From: Bdellovibrionales bacterium
GTDB taxonomy: Bacteria; Bdellovibrionota; Bdellovibrionia; Bdellovibrionales; UBA1609
Assembly (NCBI GenBank): GCA_965199825.1
Contig: OZ241329.1
Location: 2,304,001 to 2,368,000, forward strand
DNA: 64,000 bases
Direction: 5' to 3'
The notes beneath the pieces are model-generated. The model had not been told where the DNA came from and did no database searches. It saw nothing but the letters and a program-made list of their open reading frames with translations. The stretch's first letter is position 1, and every line of letters starts with the position of its first letter. Of this stretch, positions 19,909 to 29,190 are shown piece after piece. Made by a program: the position numbers and the translations under genes.

Positions 19909-20832
19909 ATGGAGCCCAGCTCAAATTTAAAATGTAGTTGCTATAATAAGGACGATTTACCCCGGACGCGCTACAAGAAAGCCGGATTTTTTTATCGTCG
20001 GTGTGACAAAAAAAGGATTCAGCGTTTTCGCTGTCATCAGTGTCTAAGATATTTCTCACTCAGCACCCACCACCCTTGTTTTGGTCAGCGCAAACGCCAT
20101 TTAAATCCTTGGATTTTTCAGTTGCTATGTAGCGGCTATTCGATGCGCCGTTCGGCAATGTTTCTAAGATGTAACCGCAAAACGATCGTGAGAAAATTCC
20201 GATTTTTGGGTTTGGTTGTAAACCAATATTATATGAACAACCCAGTGCAACCAAAAATTAAAAGACTTCAATTTGATGACATGGAAACTTTTGAGCATAC
20301 AAAGTGTAAACCACTTTCGATTACATTGGCGGTATGTGCGACCGAGAGAAAAATTTTAGATTTTGAAGTCAGTCAAATGCCAGCAAAAGGTTTGCTTGCC
20401 AAAATCTCACGCGAAAAATATGGCTATCGCAAAGATGAACGACGCCAAGCTCGCAACAGTTTGTTTACCAAGCTAAAACCAGTTGTAGATAAAAGCTGTA
20501 CGCTTCACTCAGATCAAAATCCTCATTACTTGCCAGATGTAAAAAAACATTTTCCAGGGCATATCCATGAGACTGTAAAAGGCCGGAGAGGATGTATTGT
20601 TGGTCAAGGAGAATTGAAACGTGGTGGTTTCGATCCACTTTATTCTTTGAACCACACGTGCGCGATGATTCGTGAAAATTTACGGCGTCTTTCGCGGCGA
20701 ACGTGGTGCACCACTAAAAACAAAAATGATTTAAACAACCATTTGATGATCTACAAATTTTTTCATAATGAATATTTATTAAAATCAAAAAAGCAAAAAG
20801 TGAGTTGGCGCAATAATATCTTAGTTGAGTAG
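19909..20832 (+). CDS. IS1-like single-ORF transposase (Zn ribbon + HTH + RNase H-like domain)
   Basis: QRFRCHQC zinc ribbon, SMRRSAMFLRCNRKT HTH, FDDMETF and HSDQ acidic motifs, RRLSRRTWCTTK InsB-like tail; ATG 19909 aligns with the copy 2 start. Confidence 0.75.
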   Translation: MEPSSNLKCSCYNKDDLPRTRYKKAGFFYRRCDKKRIQRFRCHQCLRYFSLSTHHPCFGQRKRHLNPWIFQLLCSGYSMRRSAMFLRCNRKTIVRKFRFLGLVVNQYYMNNPVQPKIKRLQFDDMETFEHTKCKPLSITLAVCATERKILDFEVSQMPAKGLLAKISREKYGYRKDERRQARNSLFTKLKPVVDKSCTLHSDQNPHYLPDVKKHFPGHIHETVKGRRGCIVGQGELKRGGFDPLYSLNHTCAMIRENLRRLSRRTWCTTKNKNDLNNHLMIYKFFHNEYLLKSKKQKVSWRNNILVE

Positions 20833-20846
20833 CAGAAAAAACAAAT

Positions 20847-22454
20847 CTAGCCTAGCGCAGCTGCACTCAAAGGGGCCAGTTTAAGTTGGGCAAAGATGTT
20901 TTTTATTAGGGTGTCCTTGTGGACCGGCTTCGTCAAATGATCGTTAAATCCCGCAGCCAACGCCGCCTCACGATCCTGCTTCATCGCATTTGCGGTGAGT
21001 GCAATAATCGGTTTTTCAAAACCCGATTGTCTCAGTTCTTGTGCCGCCGCAAATCCGTCGCTCAATGGCATCTGCAGATCCATCAAAATCAAATCAATTT
21101 CATTTTGTCTGGCCATTTGAACGGCTTCGAGTCCATTTTCGGCAAACAGAATTTCTGGCCCAAAAGGTTTGAGCATAAATTCAACCAAGGCCAAATTGTC
21201 TGGTGAGTCGTCGGCAACCAAAATTCTTCGACCCAACAAAGAGGTCATTGGTAAAGGGGGGAGTTCAGGTTGCGAAAACGTATTGCCCTTAACATTGATT
21301 GTGACCAAAAACTTTGATCCCTTGCCGCGACGGCTTTCGATCAAGATCACATCACCCCCAAGTGCACGTGCAATTTTTTGTGACAGCACAAGTCCAAGCC
21401 CGGTTCCACTGAACTGACGGGTGTACGATTCATCAGACTGCATAAATGGGGTAAAGAGTCTGAGCTGTTGCTGATGCTCAATGCCCACTCCTGTATCTTC
21501 AATAGTGATACGCATCACTACCGAATCAAAAGCCACACGCACCTTGACCCAACCATTGTCGGTGAATTTGATGGCATTGCCGATCATGTTCATAATGATT
21601 TGGCGCAATCGGTTGCGATCATTAAATAAGATTGCGGGCGTGGCATCGTCCCACTCAAAAATAAATTTAATTCCACGGTCCATCGCCCGATGCGAAAACT
21701 CTTGATGAAGTGTTTCTAGAAATTCACGAAACAAAAATGGTTTTTTATCTATATCCAGTGAGCCGGCTTCAAGTTTTGAAAGATCTAAGACGTCGCTCAA
21801 AATTTCTTCAAGATGCTCGGCGTTCTTCCGTAACAAATGGAGCAGCACCTTTCGTTCCGATTTTTCAAGATTTTCATTATCAAAAAAATCGGTGAATCCT
21901 AAAATTGCGGCCAGCGGTGTACGAATCTCATGACTCATGTTTGCCAAAAAACGCAGTTTCATCTGTTTGGCATCTTCGACTTCTTTAAGTGAGGCTTGTT
22001 CTTTGGAGATGTCGCGCACAACTCCAACCACTCCGGTGACCAGACCTTTTTGACAAAAGGTTGGAATTTTTGAAACCTCATAAACACTTTGGATTTCGTT
22101 TCCAGGTAGTTCGATTCGCGACGTGTGCTGAAGACCGTCTTGAAGCACTTGTTCGTCATCACTAAAAAAGCGACACGAAAAGCTTTGCTTCATCAAAGCT
22201 TTCATCACTTTATTTTGATAAACAATATTGCCTTTGAGGTCTTTGCAGTACACGGCATCGAGAGTGGTCTTCATAAACGTGTGAGCAGCAAAATCGTTCC
22301 ATCTTAAATTTCTATATTTTAGATAGTGAATCACGCCCATCGCGCACATCAGTGCCAATGCAACAAGTGTAAAGGCGGGGGGCAGTCTTAGTAAAACTAA
22401 GAGGAGCCCGCCTAAAAAAATCCAAAATAAAAAACTAAGAACTTTTGAGCCCAA
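20847..22454 (-). CDS. Hybrid sensor histidine kinase/response regulator (TM-PAS-HisKA-HATPase-REC)
   Basis: NMSHEIRTPL, NAIKFT, DTGVGI, GTGLGL, ILMDLQMP. Confidence 0.93.
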   Translation of the reverse strand: MGSKVLSFLFWIFLGGLLLVLLRLPPAFTLVALALMCAMGVIHYLKYRNLRWNDFAAHTFMKTTLDAVYCKDLKGNIVYQNKVMKALMKQSFSCRFFSDDEQVLQDGLQHTSRIELPGNEIQSVYEVSKIPTFCQKGLVTGVVGVVRDISKEQASLKEVEDAKQMKLRFLANMSHEIRTPLAAILGFTDFFDNENLEKSERKVLLHLLRKNAEHLEEILSDVLDLSKLEAGSLDIDKKPFLFREFLETLHQEFSHRAMDRGIKFIFEWDDATPAILFNDRNRLRQIIMNMIGNAIKFTDNGWVKVRVAFDSVVMRITIEDTGVGIEHQQQLRLFTPFMQSDESYTRQFSGTGLGLVLSQKIARALGGDVILIESRRGKGSKFLVTINVKGNTFSQPELPPLPMTSLLGRRILVADDSPDNLALVEFMLKPFGPEILFAENGLEAVQMARQNEIDLILMDLQMPLSDGFAAAQELRQSGFEKPIIALTANAMKQDREAALAAGFNDHLTKPVHKDTLIKNIFAQLKLAPLSAAALG

Positions 22455-22459
22455 GTGAA

Positions 22460-23059
22460 TTACTTCTTGGTGAAAAGTAAAACGGCGTGTCTCGCTTTGC
22501 TTGGATACTTGGGTGAGTCTTCGGTGGTGGGTAAGCCCGCGGCGAGGAGAGCATTTTTCAGCTGCGCATCTTTAGTGTTAAACCATTTTTGGAAAACATT
22601 GGGTTGCTCAGCTAAGTTGTAGGTGCTGATTTTGAATTTACCCTGGTGTTTGATCAGCTGAGATAAAGATTTATTTCGTTTGTCGGCAAGTTTACGTTGT
22701 TCGGAAGAAAGACTTTTTACCGCTTCGGATGGCATTTCATCATCGGCCCAAGATAAAATCATAACTTTACGAAAATCAGTTCCTTTTAATTTTGCGAGTG
22801 CGCTTTGTAGTTTGGTTTTTGAATCTAAAGATAAACCTGTTGATCCCAATTCAAACTCCACTTCGGCAAAATACTGCGCGCCAACATCTGTCGCGGCTTG
22901 CTGAGTCACACTCTTCGCAATTTGCTCATCAACAGCGGTGGTGGTCTTGCCGTTGACTCCAGATGGCGAATCCACTTTGGGTGTATCCAATTTTTTGCCA
23001 CTCGACTCACAGCCCACCAAAATTAAAAAACCTAAAAATCCAATCGTGCTTTTGAACAT
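22460..23059 (-). CDS. Lipoprotein with degenerate OmpA-like C-terminal domain
   Basis: AGGAG RBS, then MFKST...LVGC lipobox; VEFELGSTGLS and LADKR OmpA-like elements. Confidence 0.6.
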   Translation of the reverse strand: MFKSTIGFLGFLILVGCESSGKKLDTPKVDSPSGVNGKTTTAVDEQIAKSVTQQAATDVGAQYFAEVEFELGSTGLSLDSKTKLQSALAKLKGTDFRKVMILSWADDEMPSEAVKSLSSEQRKLADKRNKSLSQLIKHQGKFKISTYNLAEQPNVFQKWFNTKDAQLKNALLAAGLPTTEDSPKYPSKARHAVLLFTKK

Positions 23060-23130
23060 AACTCCTGCCTTCCTAAAGATGTTTATAAAGTTGAGACAAG
23101 GTTGAGAGTTCAATAACAATGCCACGTCAT

Positions 23131-23484
23131 TTAGGTGATCGAAGAAAACTTAGATCGATTCTCGGCAATCCATTTTTCGAATTGGTTAAGAAGTTCGCGA
23201 CCCCTATGAGAAAGTTGATCCAAACTCAAACTTTCCATCTCACGACCGATCACCGCGAGGTCATCAAAACCAAAGGAGGAAGCATTGCCCTTGATTTGGT
23301 GTCCTATGGTTTGAAACTCCTCAATTGAGTTTTGATCGAGTGCGGTGTTGAGCTTTGCCGCATCAGCAACTCGGCGCTCAAAATATCTCATGTACAATTC
23401 CATGGGTAATTCCACGATAGACTCCTTTTGGATTGGCTTTTTTAACACTTTACTGTGGTCCGAGGACAAAGCCAACCGTTCCAC
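23131..23484 (-). CDS. Hpt domain phosphotransfer protein
   Basis: GHQIKGNASSFG motif. Confidence 0.85.
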   Translation of the reverse strand: MERLALSSDHSKVLKKPIQKESIVELPMELYMRYFERRVADAAKLNTALDQNSIEEFQTIGHQIKGNASSFGFDDLAVIGREMESLSLDQLSHRGRELLNQFEKWIAENRSKFSSIT

Positions 23485-23518
23485 AATTCCTCAAGTGTCG
23501 TTCGTTTTTCCAACGCTC

Positions 23519-23769
23519 TTTACGGCCGTAAATGAATTCGGTGAAGTCCACTCAATGAGGAGAGTGGGCTCTTAATTGATTAAGATAAAGCACTGGTGCT
23601 TTATAGCTTGAACAGAGACACTGTGAGTCTCCTTAGCGCGCAACACCAATGATAAGATTTTGAGAAGAGTCAGAGGGCTTTGGTATTGAAACCAAAACGA
23701 AATTGCTGCGGACGCTCAATATGTGTTGCGTTCAATTTGTTAAAAAATTAAATCGCAACACTTTGGTTT
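23519..23769. repeat. Intergenic cluster of palindromes/inverted repeats
   Basis: TTTACGGCCGTAAA; AGTCCACTC..GAGTGGGCT; TCTTAAT-TG-ATTAAGA; ATAAAGCAC-TG-GTGCTTTAT; GTGTTGCG..CGCAACAC. Confidence 0.7.
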
Positions 23770-23773
23770 TTAA

Positions 23774-25195
23774 TTATTGATTCACGCGCGGTGCATACAT
23801 CGCGCGTTCGGTGATACGCCGATAAAGAGTTTTCCGATCAATCTGTAAGTCTCTTGCGGTCTTATCTTTTGCTCCGCCATTGCGGTTGACTGCGAACTCG
23901 ATGTACTTTTGGGTCACTTCTTGGAGCGGCAAAAGACTGCCATCAAGAGTGATATGAAAATCACCTTCGCTAAAACCTTCTGGAGTCTTATTGGCCATGG
24001 GAATTCGGCTCTCCATCGAGTCGAGATCATTCAGATCAATCAATTCGCCATCAGCCAAAACTGCCGCGCGCTCAATGGTATTTTCAAGCTCACGCACATT
24101 TCCACGCCAGTAGTTTTGTAGCAAATGTTGAACCGCTTCTTTCGAAAACTTACGCGCTGGTGATTCATTGAGCACTGCATATTTGCTCAAAAAATATTCG
24201 GCCAGAGGCAAGATATCTTCCTTTCGCTCACGCAAAGGGGGCAGCTTAATCGGAATCACATTGAGGCGAAAAAATAAATCTTCACGAAATCGACCTTGAG
24301 CCACTTCTTCTCTTAAGTCTTTGTGTGTTGCCGAAATAATTCGGACGTCGATATCGCGAGTGCGATTTTCGCCTACGCGTTTGATTTTTCGATCTTGGAG
24401 CACTCGCAAAAGTTTCACTTGAAGGGAAAGACTCAAGTCACCGATCTCATCCAAGAATAACGTTCCACTCTCAGCCTCTTCAAAAAGACCAAGGCGCTTG
24501 TCAATGGCTCCGGTGAAGGCACCCTTAGCGTGACCAAAAAGCTCACTCTCTAATAAATTTTCTGGAATTGCTGAGCAGTTGATCGCAATAAATGGTCGAT
24601 CATGCCGGCGGCTTTCATTATGAATAAATTTGGCAACGATTTCTTTGCCCGCACCACTCTCGCCAGAAATAAAAATATTCGTTGAGCTTTTAGCAACACG
24701 CTTTGCAATGTCCAGTGCCGCCAAAAATGGTGGGCTTCGGCCAATGATGCCTTTAACAAATTGGCGATCATTTTCACGAACAAACACTTTTAAGTTATCG
24801 TAATTTTTGTTTAGTCTATTGAGATGAAGTGCCCGCTCGATACTTACAATAAGTTGGGCAAAATGTAGTGGCTTCACAACAAAATCGTAGGCGCCTGTTT
24901 GAACCGCTTCGACCGCGAGTTCGCAAGAGGCGGTTCCGGTCATCAAAATGATAGGAGTATTTGACCAAATTTTTTTAAGTTCGGTAATCAAACTCATCCC
25001 AGACATTCCTGGAAGATTGAAATCAGCCACGACCACATCGCAAATCAAACCTTTACCCACTTGTTCAAGTGCGGCTTCAGCATCACTAAAAAGGGTTAGC
25101 TGATAGCCCTTGGGCTTAAAAAATGCAGTCATCAAATCCTGAATATCAATATCATCTTCGATGACGAGAATGTGTGCTTTTGGCTCTGTGACCAC
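23774..25195 (-). CDS. Sigma-54-dependent (NtrC-family) response regulator
   Basis: REC domain, GESGAGKE, GAFTGA, LFLDEIG, WRGNVREL, Fis-type HTH; start GTG 25195 after GGAGG. Confidence 0.93.
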   Translation of the reverse strand: MVTEPKAHILVIEDDIDIQDLMTAFFKPKGYQLTLFSDAEAALEQVGKGLICDVVVADFNLPGMSGMSLITELKKIWSNTPIILMTGTASCELAVEAVQTGAYDFVVKPLHFAQLIVSIERALHLNRLNKNYDNLKVFVRENDRQFVKGIIGRSPPFLAALDIAKRVAKSSTNIFISGESGAGKEIVAKFIHNESRRHDRPFIAINCSAIPENLLESELFGHAKGAFTGAIDKRLGLFEEAESGTLFLDEIGDLSLSLQVKLLRVLQDRKIKRVGENRTRDIDVRIISATHKDLREEVAQGRFREDLFFRLNVIPIKLPPLRERKEDILPLAEYFLSKYAVLNESPARKFSKEAVQHLLQNYWRGNVRELENTIERAAVLADGELIDLNDLDSMESRIPMANKTPEGFSEGDFHITLDGSLLPLQEVTQKYIEFAVNRNGGAKDKTARDLQIDRKTLYRRITERAMYAPRVNQ

Positions 25196-25358
25196 ATAAC
25201 CTCCAGTAAGGAAGGGTCCGTTTGTTGTACTCTGTGAGGCGATTAATACCTCAAAAGGTCCTGTTTTGTCGAGAAACACCTCTGGTTATTTCAACAAAGC
25301 GACATTTGCCCCATTTGCGTCCAAATTTTGCATCTTTGCGTTGTAAGAACCACACACT

Positions 25359-27371
25359 CTAATAGTGCCACGGCGCAATTTCTGGAGTGACGATTCCCAT
25401 GTGACTCCAACCTTGATTGATGTTGGAGACCGCATCACCATTGAACGGAAAAAGCTCAAACTCATTTTTTTGTTGATCAAAATGAATCGCAAAAAGCTCA
25501 TTGCCCGACAAAGACCGGCGCTGATCTAACCAGGTTTGAACTCTGCTTTTTAATTTTTCTAATCGCATTCTTATCGACGGATCAAGATCGGTGCGTTTGA
25601 GATGCCGACGAATACCGAAAGATAAGAGCTGCTCTTGCGAAGTCCAACTCACAAATCCATGATAGCGATCGCCGCCAAAATCCTTCCAAAGAGCAGTTTC
25701 AAAAACGGGGTTGGTCACTGTGATTCCGCGATCAATGTTGAGCCCTACCGGAAATAGATCTTCAATTCGGTCAAACATTTTATTTAAGTAATCATCGCTG
25801 GGATAACCAAAGCTCAGCATCAAACTATCATCCGAATGCATCACTCCCACTTTTCTGCCATCGCTCAGTAAAGAGAGTGCAGGAAAAAAAATATCTTTTT
25901 GAGCGCAACGGCCCTCAAATGGGAGGTTTAAAAAGGTGCAATATTTTTTTTGAGCAATGAAGGCCTCTTGAGCCGCAACCTCGACTTCAAAAAATTTTGG
26001 AACTTTTTGATTCCAAATCTCAAAAGACTTTTGTGCAACCACGAGTAAAGAGCAATCAAATAGGGTTTGAAACGTTGGCGTTTTAAAAATTTTAATGAGT
26101 GCCGCTAAGGCGGCAGGCATAAAGGCCGCATTGACATCAAAGGGATAAACACCTCGACCCAATCCTGCATCACTGTCGCGCCAATTGCCCGCATCGTGTC
26201 CTATCTCAATTCGAATCAAATTCGAAAATTGGGGGTCTTTCACAAAGCGTTCGGCTGAAGTTAGAATATACGAAAAAATCTTTTTTAAAATTTCGCTTAA
26301 ACGATGACCCTGAATGTTTTTTGTTAAAAATCTCATGGCATGTTCGGGATGACGACTTAAAAATTGTTCGAGAACCACCACAAAAGCAAATTCATCATCT
26401 TTCATCACATAATTTTCGAGAAAAACCGCAGAGTGAATATAAGGACGTTTGCTTTTTGCCAACTGATAGGCTGCATAATCGGTCTCAAGCTTTTCGTGAC
26501 TGACCTGCCCGGTTTCAAAATTTGCGCCTTCTAAAAGTGCTGTCAAAAAATTTTCGATCACATCGGGCTGAAGAGCTTCAAACAGCACGTGAAGAATGTA
26601 GAGGCCATCGCGAGCAAACAGGCTATGGTAGCGGGGAGAGCCCGCCATAAATTTCTCTTTCGTCATCAGAAACATAAAACCTTGAACCGCTTTTGGATAG
26701 GTTATCGACCGAAAAAGATCCACATGAGGTCCGGCTAAAATATGATCAAGATAATCAGATTTAAAAATCTGGTTGATTGAGAGCGGTGTTAAGATCGGCT
26801 CACTCGTTAATGCCCGAAGGGTAAACTCAATCGAGCCATTCTCGCTTTTAAGAATATAAATATCGTTTTCAAAACAGAGATCTGTATCTCCGAGACATAA
26901 TATTTCAAGTTGATTTTGACCAAGTTGGGTCAAGGTTGTTTGGGTTAGGGTTAATTTTCTATTAAACAAAATATATTGGGCTGTGCGAATTTCTTGAGGG
27001 ACTTTGGTGTGTTTTTCTCGGAGTTCGCGGTCGCGAAGAAACACCGTACTTGTTGCAAGTGCATCTTCAATGCATAATGATTTTTGTAAGATCTTGAAGT
27101 CGACTTCGAGCCCTTTTAATTTTTGAGAAATTGTGCACGGGCGCAATTGAGAAATGACTTTGAGCTCGGCTTGTTCAAACCAAATACCGCAGCCACAATT
27201 GCCCGAGGGAAAATTGATCAGCACATAGGGCTTGCAAGTCGATCCGGTTGCGACAAAGAGGTGACCACTGTGGTCAAAATCTCTAAGTGTGCATTCAAAA
27301 AATCCAGGATAGCTCTCATCAAAATAAAGATCGGTCAAATTTGTATGATTCATTTTTATCGCTCTTGCCAT
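25359..27371 (-). CDS. Glycogen-debranching-like / six-hairpin glycosidase family protein
   Basis: MAGSPRYHSLFARD, GNWRDS, YPFDVNAAFMPAAL, VMHSD and YHGFVSW motifs. Confidence 0.55.
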   Translation of the reverse strand: MARAIKMNHTNLTDLYFDESYPGFFECTLRDFDHSGHLFVATGSTCKPYVLINFPSGNCGCGIWFEQAELKVISQLRPCTISQKLKGLEVDFKILQKSLCIEDALATSTVFLRDRELREKHTKVPQEIRTAQYILFNRKLTLTQTTLTQLGQNQLEILCLGDTDLCFENDIYILKSENGSIEFTLRALTSEPILTPLSINQIFKSDYLDHILAGPHVDLFRSITYPKAVQGFMFLMTKEKFMAGSPRYHSLFARDGLYILHVLFEALQPDVIENFLTALLEGANFETGQVSHEKLETDYAAYQLAKSKRPYIHSAVFLENYVMKDDEFAFVVVLEQFLSRHPEHAMRFLTKNIQGHRLSEILKKIFSYILTSAERFVKDPQFSNLIRIEIGHDAGNWRDSDAGLGRGVYPFDVNAAFMPAALAALIKIFKTPTFQTLFDCSLLVVAQKSFEIWNQKVPKFFEVEVAAQEAFIAQKKYCTFLNLPFEGRCAQKDIFFPALSLLSDGRKVGVMHSDDSLMLSFGYPSDDYLNKMFDRIEDLFPVGLNIDRGITVTNPVFETALWKDFGGDRYHGFVSWTSQEQLLSFGIRRHLKRTDLDPSIRMRLEKLKSRVQTWLDQRRSLSGNELFAIHFDQQKNEFELFPFNGDAVSNINQGWSHMGIVTPEIAPWHY

Positions 27372-27399
27372 GGGGTAAAGACGCGGTCAATGTACGGCT

Positions 27400-28632
27400 A
27401 TGCCATCAGATTTTAAAAAATTGATTCTTGCCCGATTTTTATTCACCTTTGCGGTCCAGATGCAGGCGATCGTTTTGGGTTGGAGAATCTATCAACTCCT
27501 CAATGATCCTCTCGCCTTGGGATTGATTGGATTGACCGAGGCCGTACCGGCGATAGGACTTGCACTGATTGCGGGCTATATCATCGATCGCAGTCGACCT
27601 TTGATCGTTTATCGTCGTGTGATGATGATTAGTTTTTTATCTGGACTGATTGTTTTAATTGAACATATTTTTTCTGACTTTTTAAATCTCCATCAGCAAG
27701 TTGGGATGCTTTATTTTGCAGCTTTTTTGACCGGATCCGCCCGCGCCTTTTCGATGCCCGCAATTTTTGCCACTGTTCCCCGCTTGGTTGAGCGCCATCA
27801 GTTGATGAGGGCCAGTGCGATCAGCAGCTCGGTCATGCAAAGTGCTCGAGTTTTGGGGCCCGCAGCCGGAGGATTGATTTTTGGATTTTTTGGCAACACT
27901 GCGTGCTCGTCGATTGTGTGCCTATGTCTGGCGCTGGGAAGCTGTGCGATGCTGTTGATTCAAAAAAAGTTAGAAGTTTTAAGCACAAGTGCACGTCATT
28001 CCTCGATTGCGGCCGAGCTGACCTCGGGCTTAAAGTTTGTCTTTAATCACTCGGTTCTTTTGCCCGCTTTGTCTTTAGATATGATTTCGGTTTTGTTTGG
28101 AGGGGTCACAAGCCTCTTGCCTATATTCGCAGGTGAAATCTTAATGGTAGGCCCCCAAGGTTTAGGAATGTTAAGGGCTGCACCTGCGGTCGGAGCAGTT
28201 GTAACTACAATTTATTTAGGCCGCAGACCATTGGCAGGTTCCTCAGGCCCTTGGCTTTTTGTTGGAGTGGGTGGATTTGGACTATGTATTTTAGTTTTTG
28301 GGATGAGTTCGATATTTTGGGTGTCTTTGCTCGCGCTTGCTTTCAGCGGGGCCTTTGATGCGGTCAGTGCGGTGATTCGATCGACCGCGGTGCAGTTGAT
28401 GTCGCCTGATCATATGCGAGGAAAAATTTCTGCGGTAAATTCGATCTTTATTGGCTCAAGTAATGAGATTGGCGAATTTGAATCAGGGGTTGCCGCAAAA
28501 TTTTTAGGACCAGTGGCTTCGGTTTATTTGGGAGGATGTGTGTGTCTCCTCACCGTAATTGCTGTTGCGATTTTGTCTCCGACACTTCGAAGACTCAATC
28601 TCAATGATCATCTTAAAACTGATTCAGTTTAG
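27400..28632 (+). CDS. MFS transporter
   Basis: About 12 TM segments; LSLDMISVLFGG and RGKISAVNSIFIGSSNEIGEFESG motifs. Confidence 0.9.
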   Translation: MPSDFKKLILARFLFTFAVQMQAIVLGWRIYQLLNDPLALGLIGLTEAVPAIGLALIAGYIIDRSRPLIVYRRVMMISFLSGLIVLIEHIFSDFLNLHQQVGMLYFAAFLTGSARAFSMPAIFATVPRLVERHQLMRASAISSSVMQSARVLGPAAGGLIFGFFGNTACSSIVCLCLALGSCAMLLIQKKLEVLSTSARHSSIAAELTSGLKFVFNHSVLLPALSLDMISVLFGGVTSLLPIFAGEILMVGPQGLGMLRAAPAVGAVVTTIYLGRRPLAGSSGPWLFVGVGGFGLCILVFGMSSIFWVSLLALAFSGAFDAVSAVIRSTAVQLMSPDHMRGKISAVNSIFIGSSNEIGEFESGVAAKFLGPVASVYLGGCVCLLTVIAVAILSPTLRRLNLNDHLKTDSV

Positions 28633-29089
28633 TTTCATCGCATGGACAAAAAACTTCGGTTTCTGAAGGGCGGGTGCGCTTAAAGCACACCTGTTCTATG
28701 CGCTGAACCATTTTTTTCCAGATTGCATTAAAGGAGGGCATGGGGGTGAAATTGATAAATTCAATCGGAGCTTGACCGATCAGGTTGGATTGGCCGTCAT
28801 AAACCGTAAGCAATGAGTTTTGCAGTTTATAAAATTGAAATGTGGAGTGGCGCTCAACGGTCTCATTGTTTTCTATATAGTAGCTCTTATCGAGCTCCTC
28901 GCCTGAGGGATTGAACCGCAACACGGTGGCCATACCCGCATAGTAACCCTGATCATTGATCTCCACCGCACACCAAGCATTGGAGGTGAGCAATTGATGT
29001 TGATCGATACTTTTTTGAAAATTTAAATTTACTGCCTTAGGCGCGCAGGCCGCTAACAAAATAAAACTGATTGCGATGACTGTTTTCAT
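28613..29089 (-). CDS. Hypothetical lipoprotein
   Basis: MKTVIAISFILLAAC lipobox. Confidence 0.65.
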   Translation of the reverse strand: MKTVIAISFILLAACAPKAVNLNFQKSIDQHQLLTSNAWCAVEINDQGYYAGMATVLRFNPSGEELDKSYYIENNETVERHSTFQFYKLQNSLLTVYDGQSNLIGQAPIEFINFTPMPSFNAIWKKMVQRIEQVCFKRTRPSETEVFCPCDETKLNQF

Positions 29090-29190
29090 AAACGAAGGGC
29101 ATTGCAATTTGAGTGCGCTCTGAAAGCCTCATAATTTTGAGGAGGGGAGACCAAGTTTTGATCACATCTGATAGAGATTGCAAAAAGGTT

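Larger units (their letters stand above)
19858..20882 (+). mobile_element. IS1-like insertion element, copy 1
   Basis: Imperfect 21-bp terminal IRs AAACTGGCCCCCTTGGCTGCA / TGCACTCAAAGGGGCCAGTTT (3 mismatches) bracketing a transposase. Confidence 0.75.

Noticed and set aside
23519..23532. TTTAC-GGCC-GTAAA as a LexA box
   Set aside because: Spacer is 4 nt rather than 3, and the downstream gene is an Hpt protein; kept only as part of the palindrome cluster
23485..23773. c-di-GMP (GEMM) riboswitch or CRISPR array
   Set aside because: No GGCAAA..GAAA..GACGCAAA core; the palindromes differ from each other and there is no repeat-spacer periodicity
29103..29118. Sigma-54-like GCGCAC-N5-TTGCA upstream of the lipoprotein at 29089 (minus strand)
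   Set aside because: The invariant -24 GG is CG
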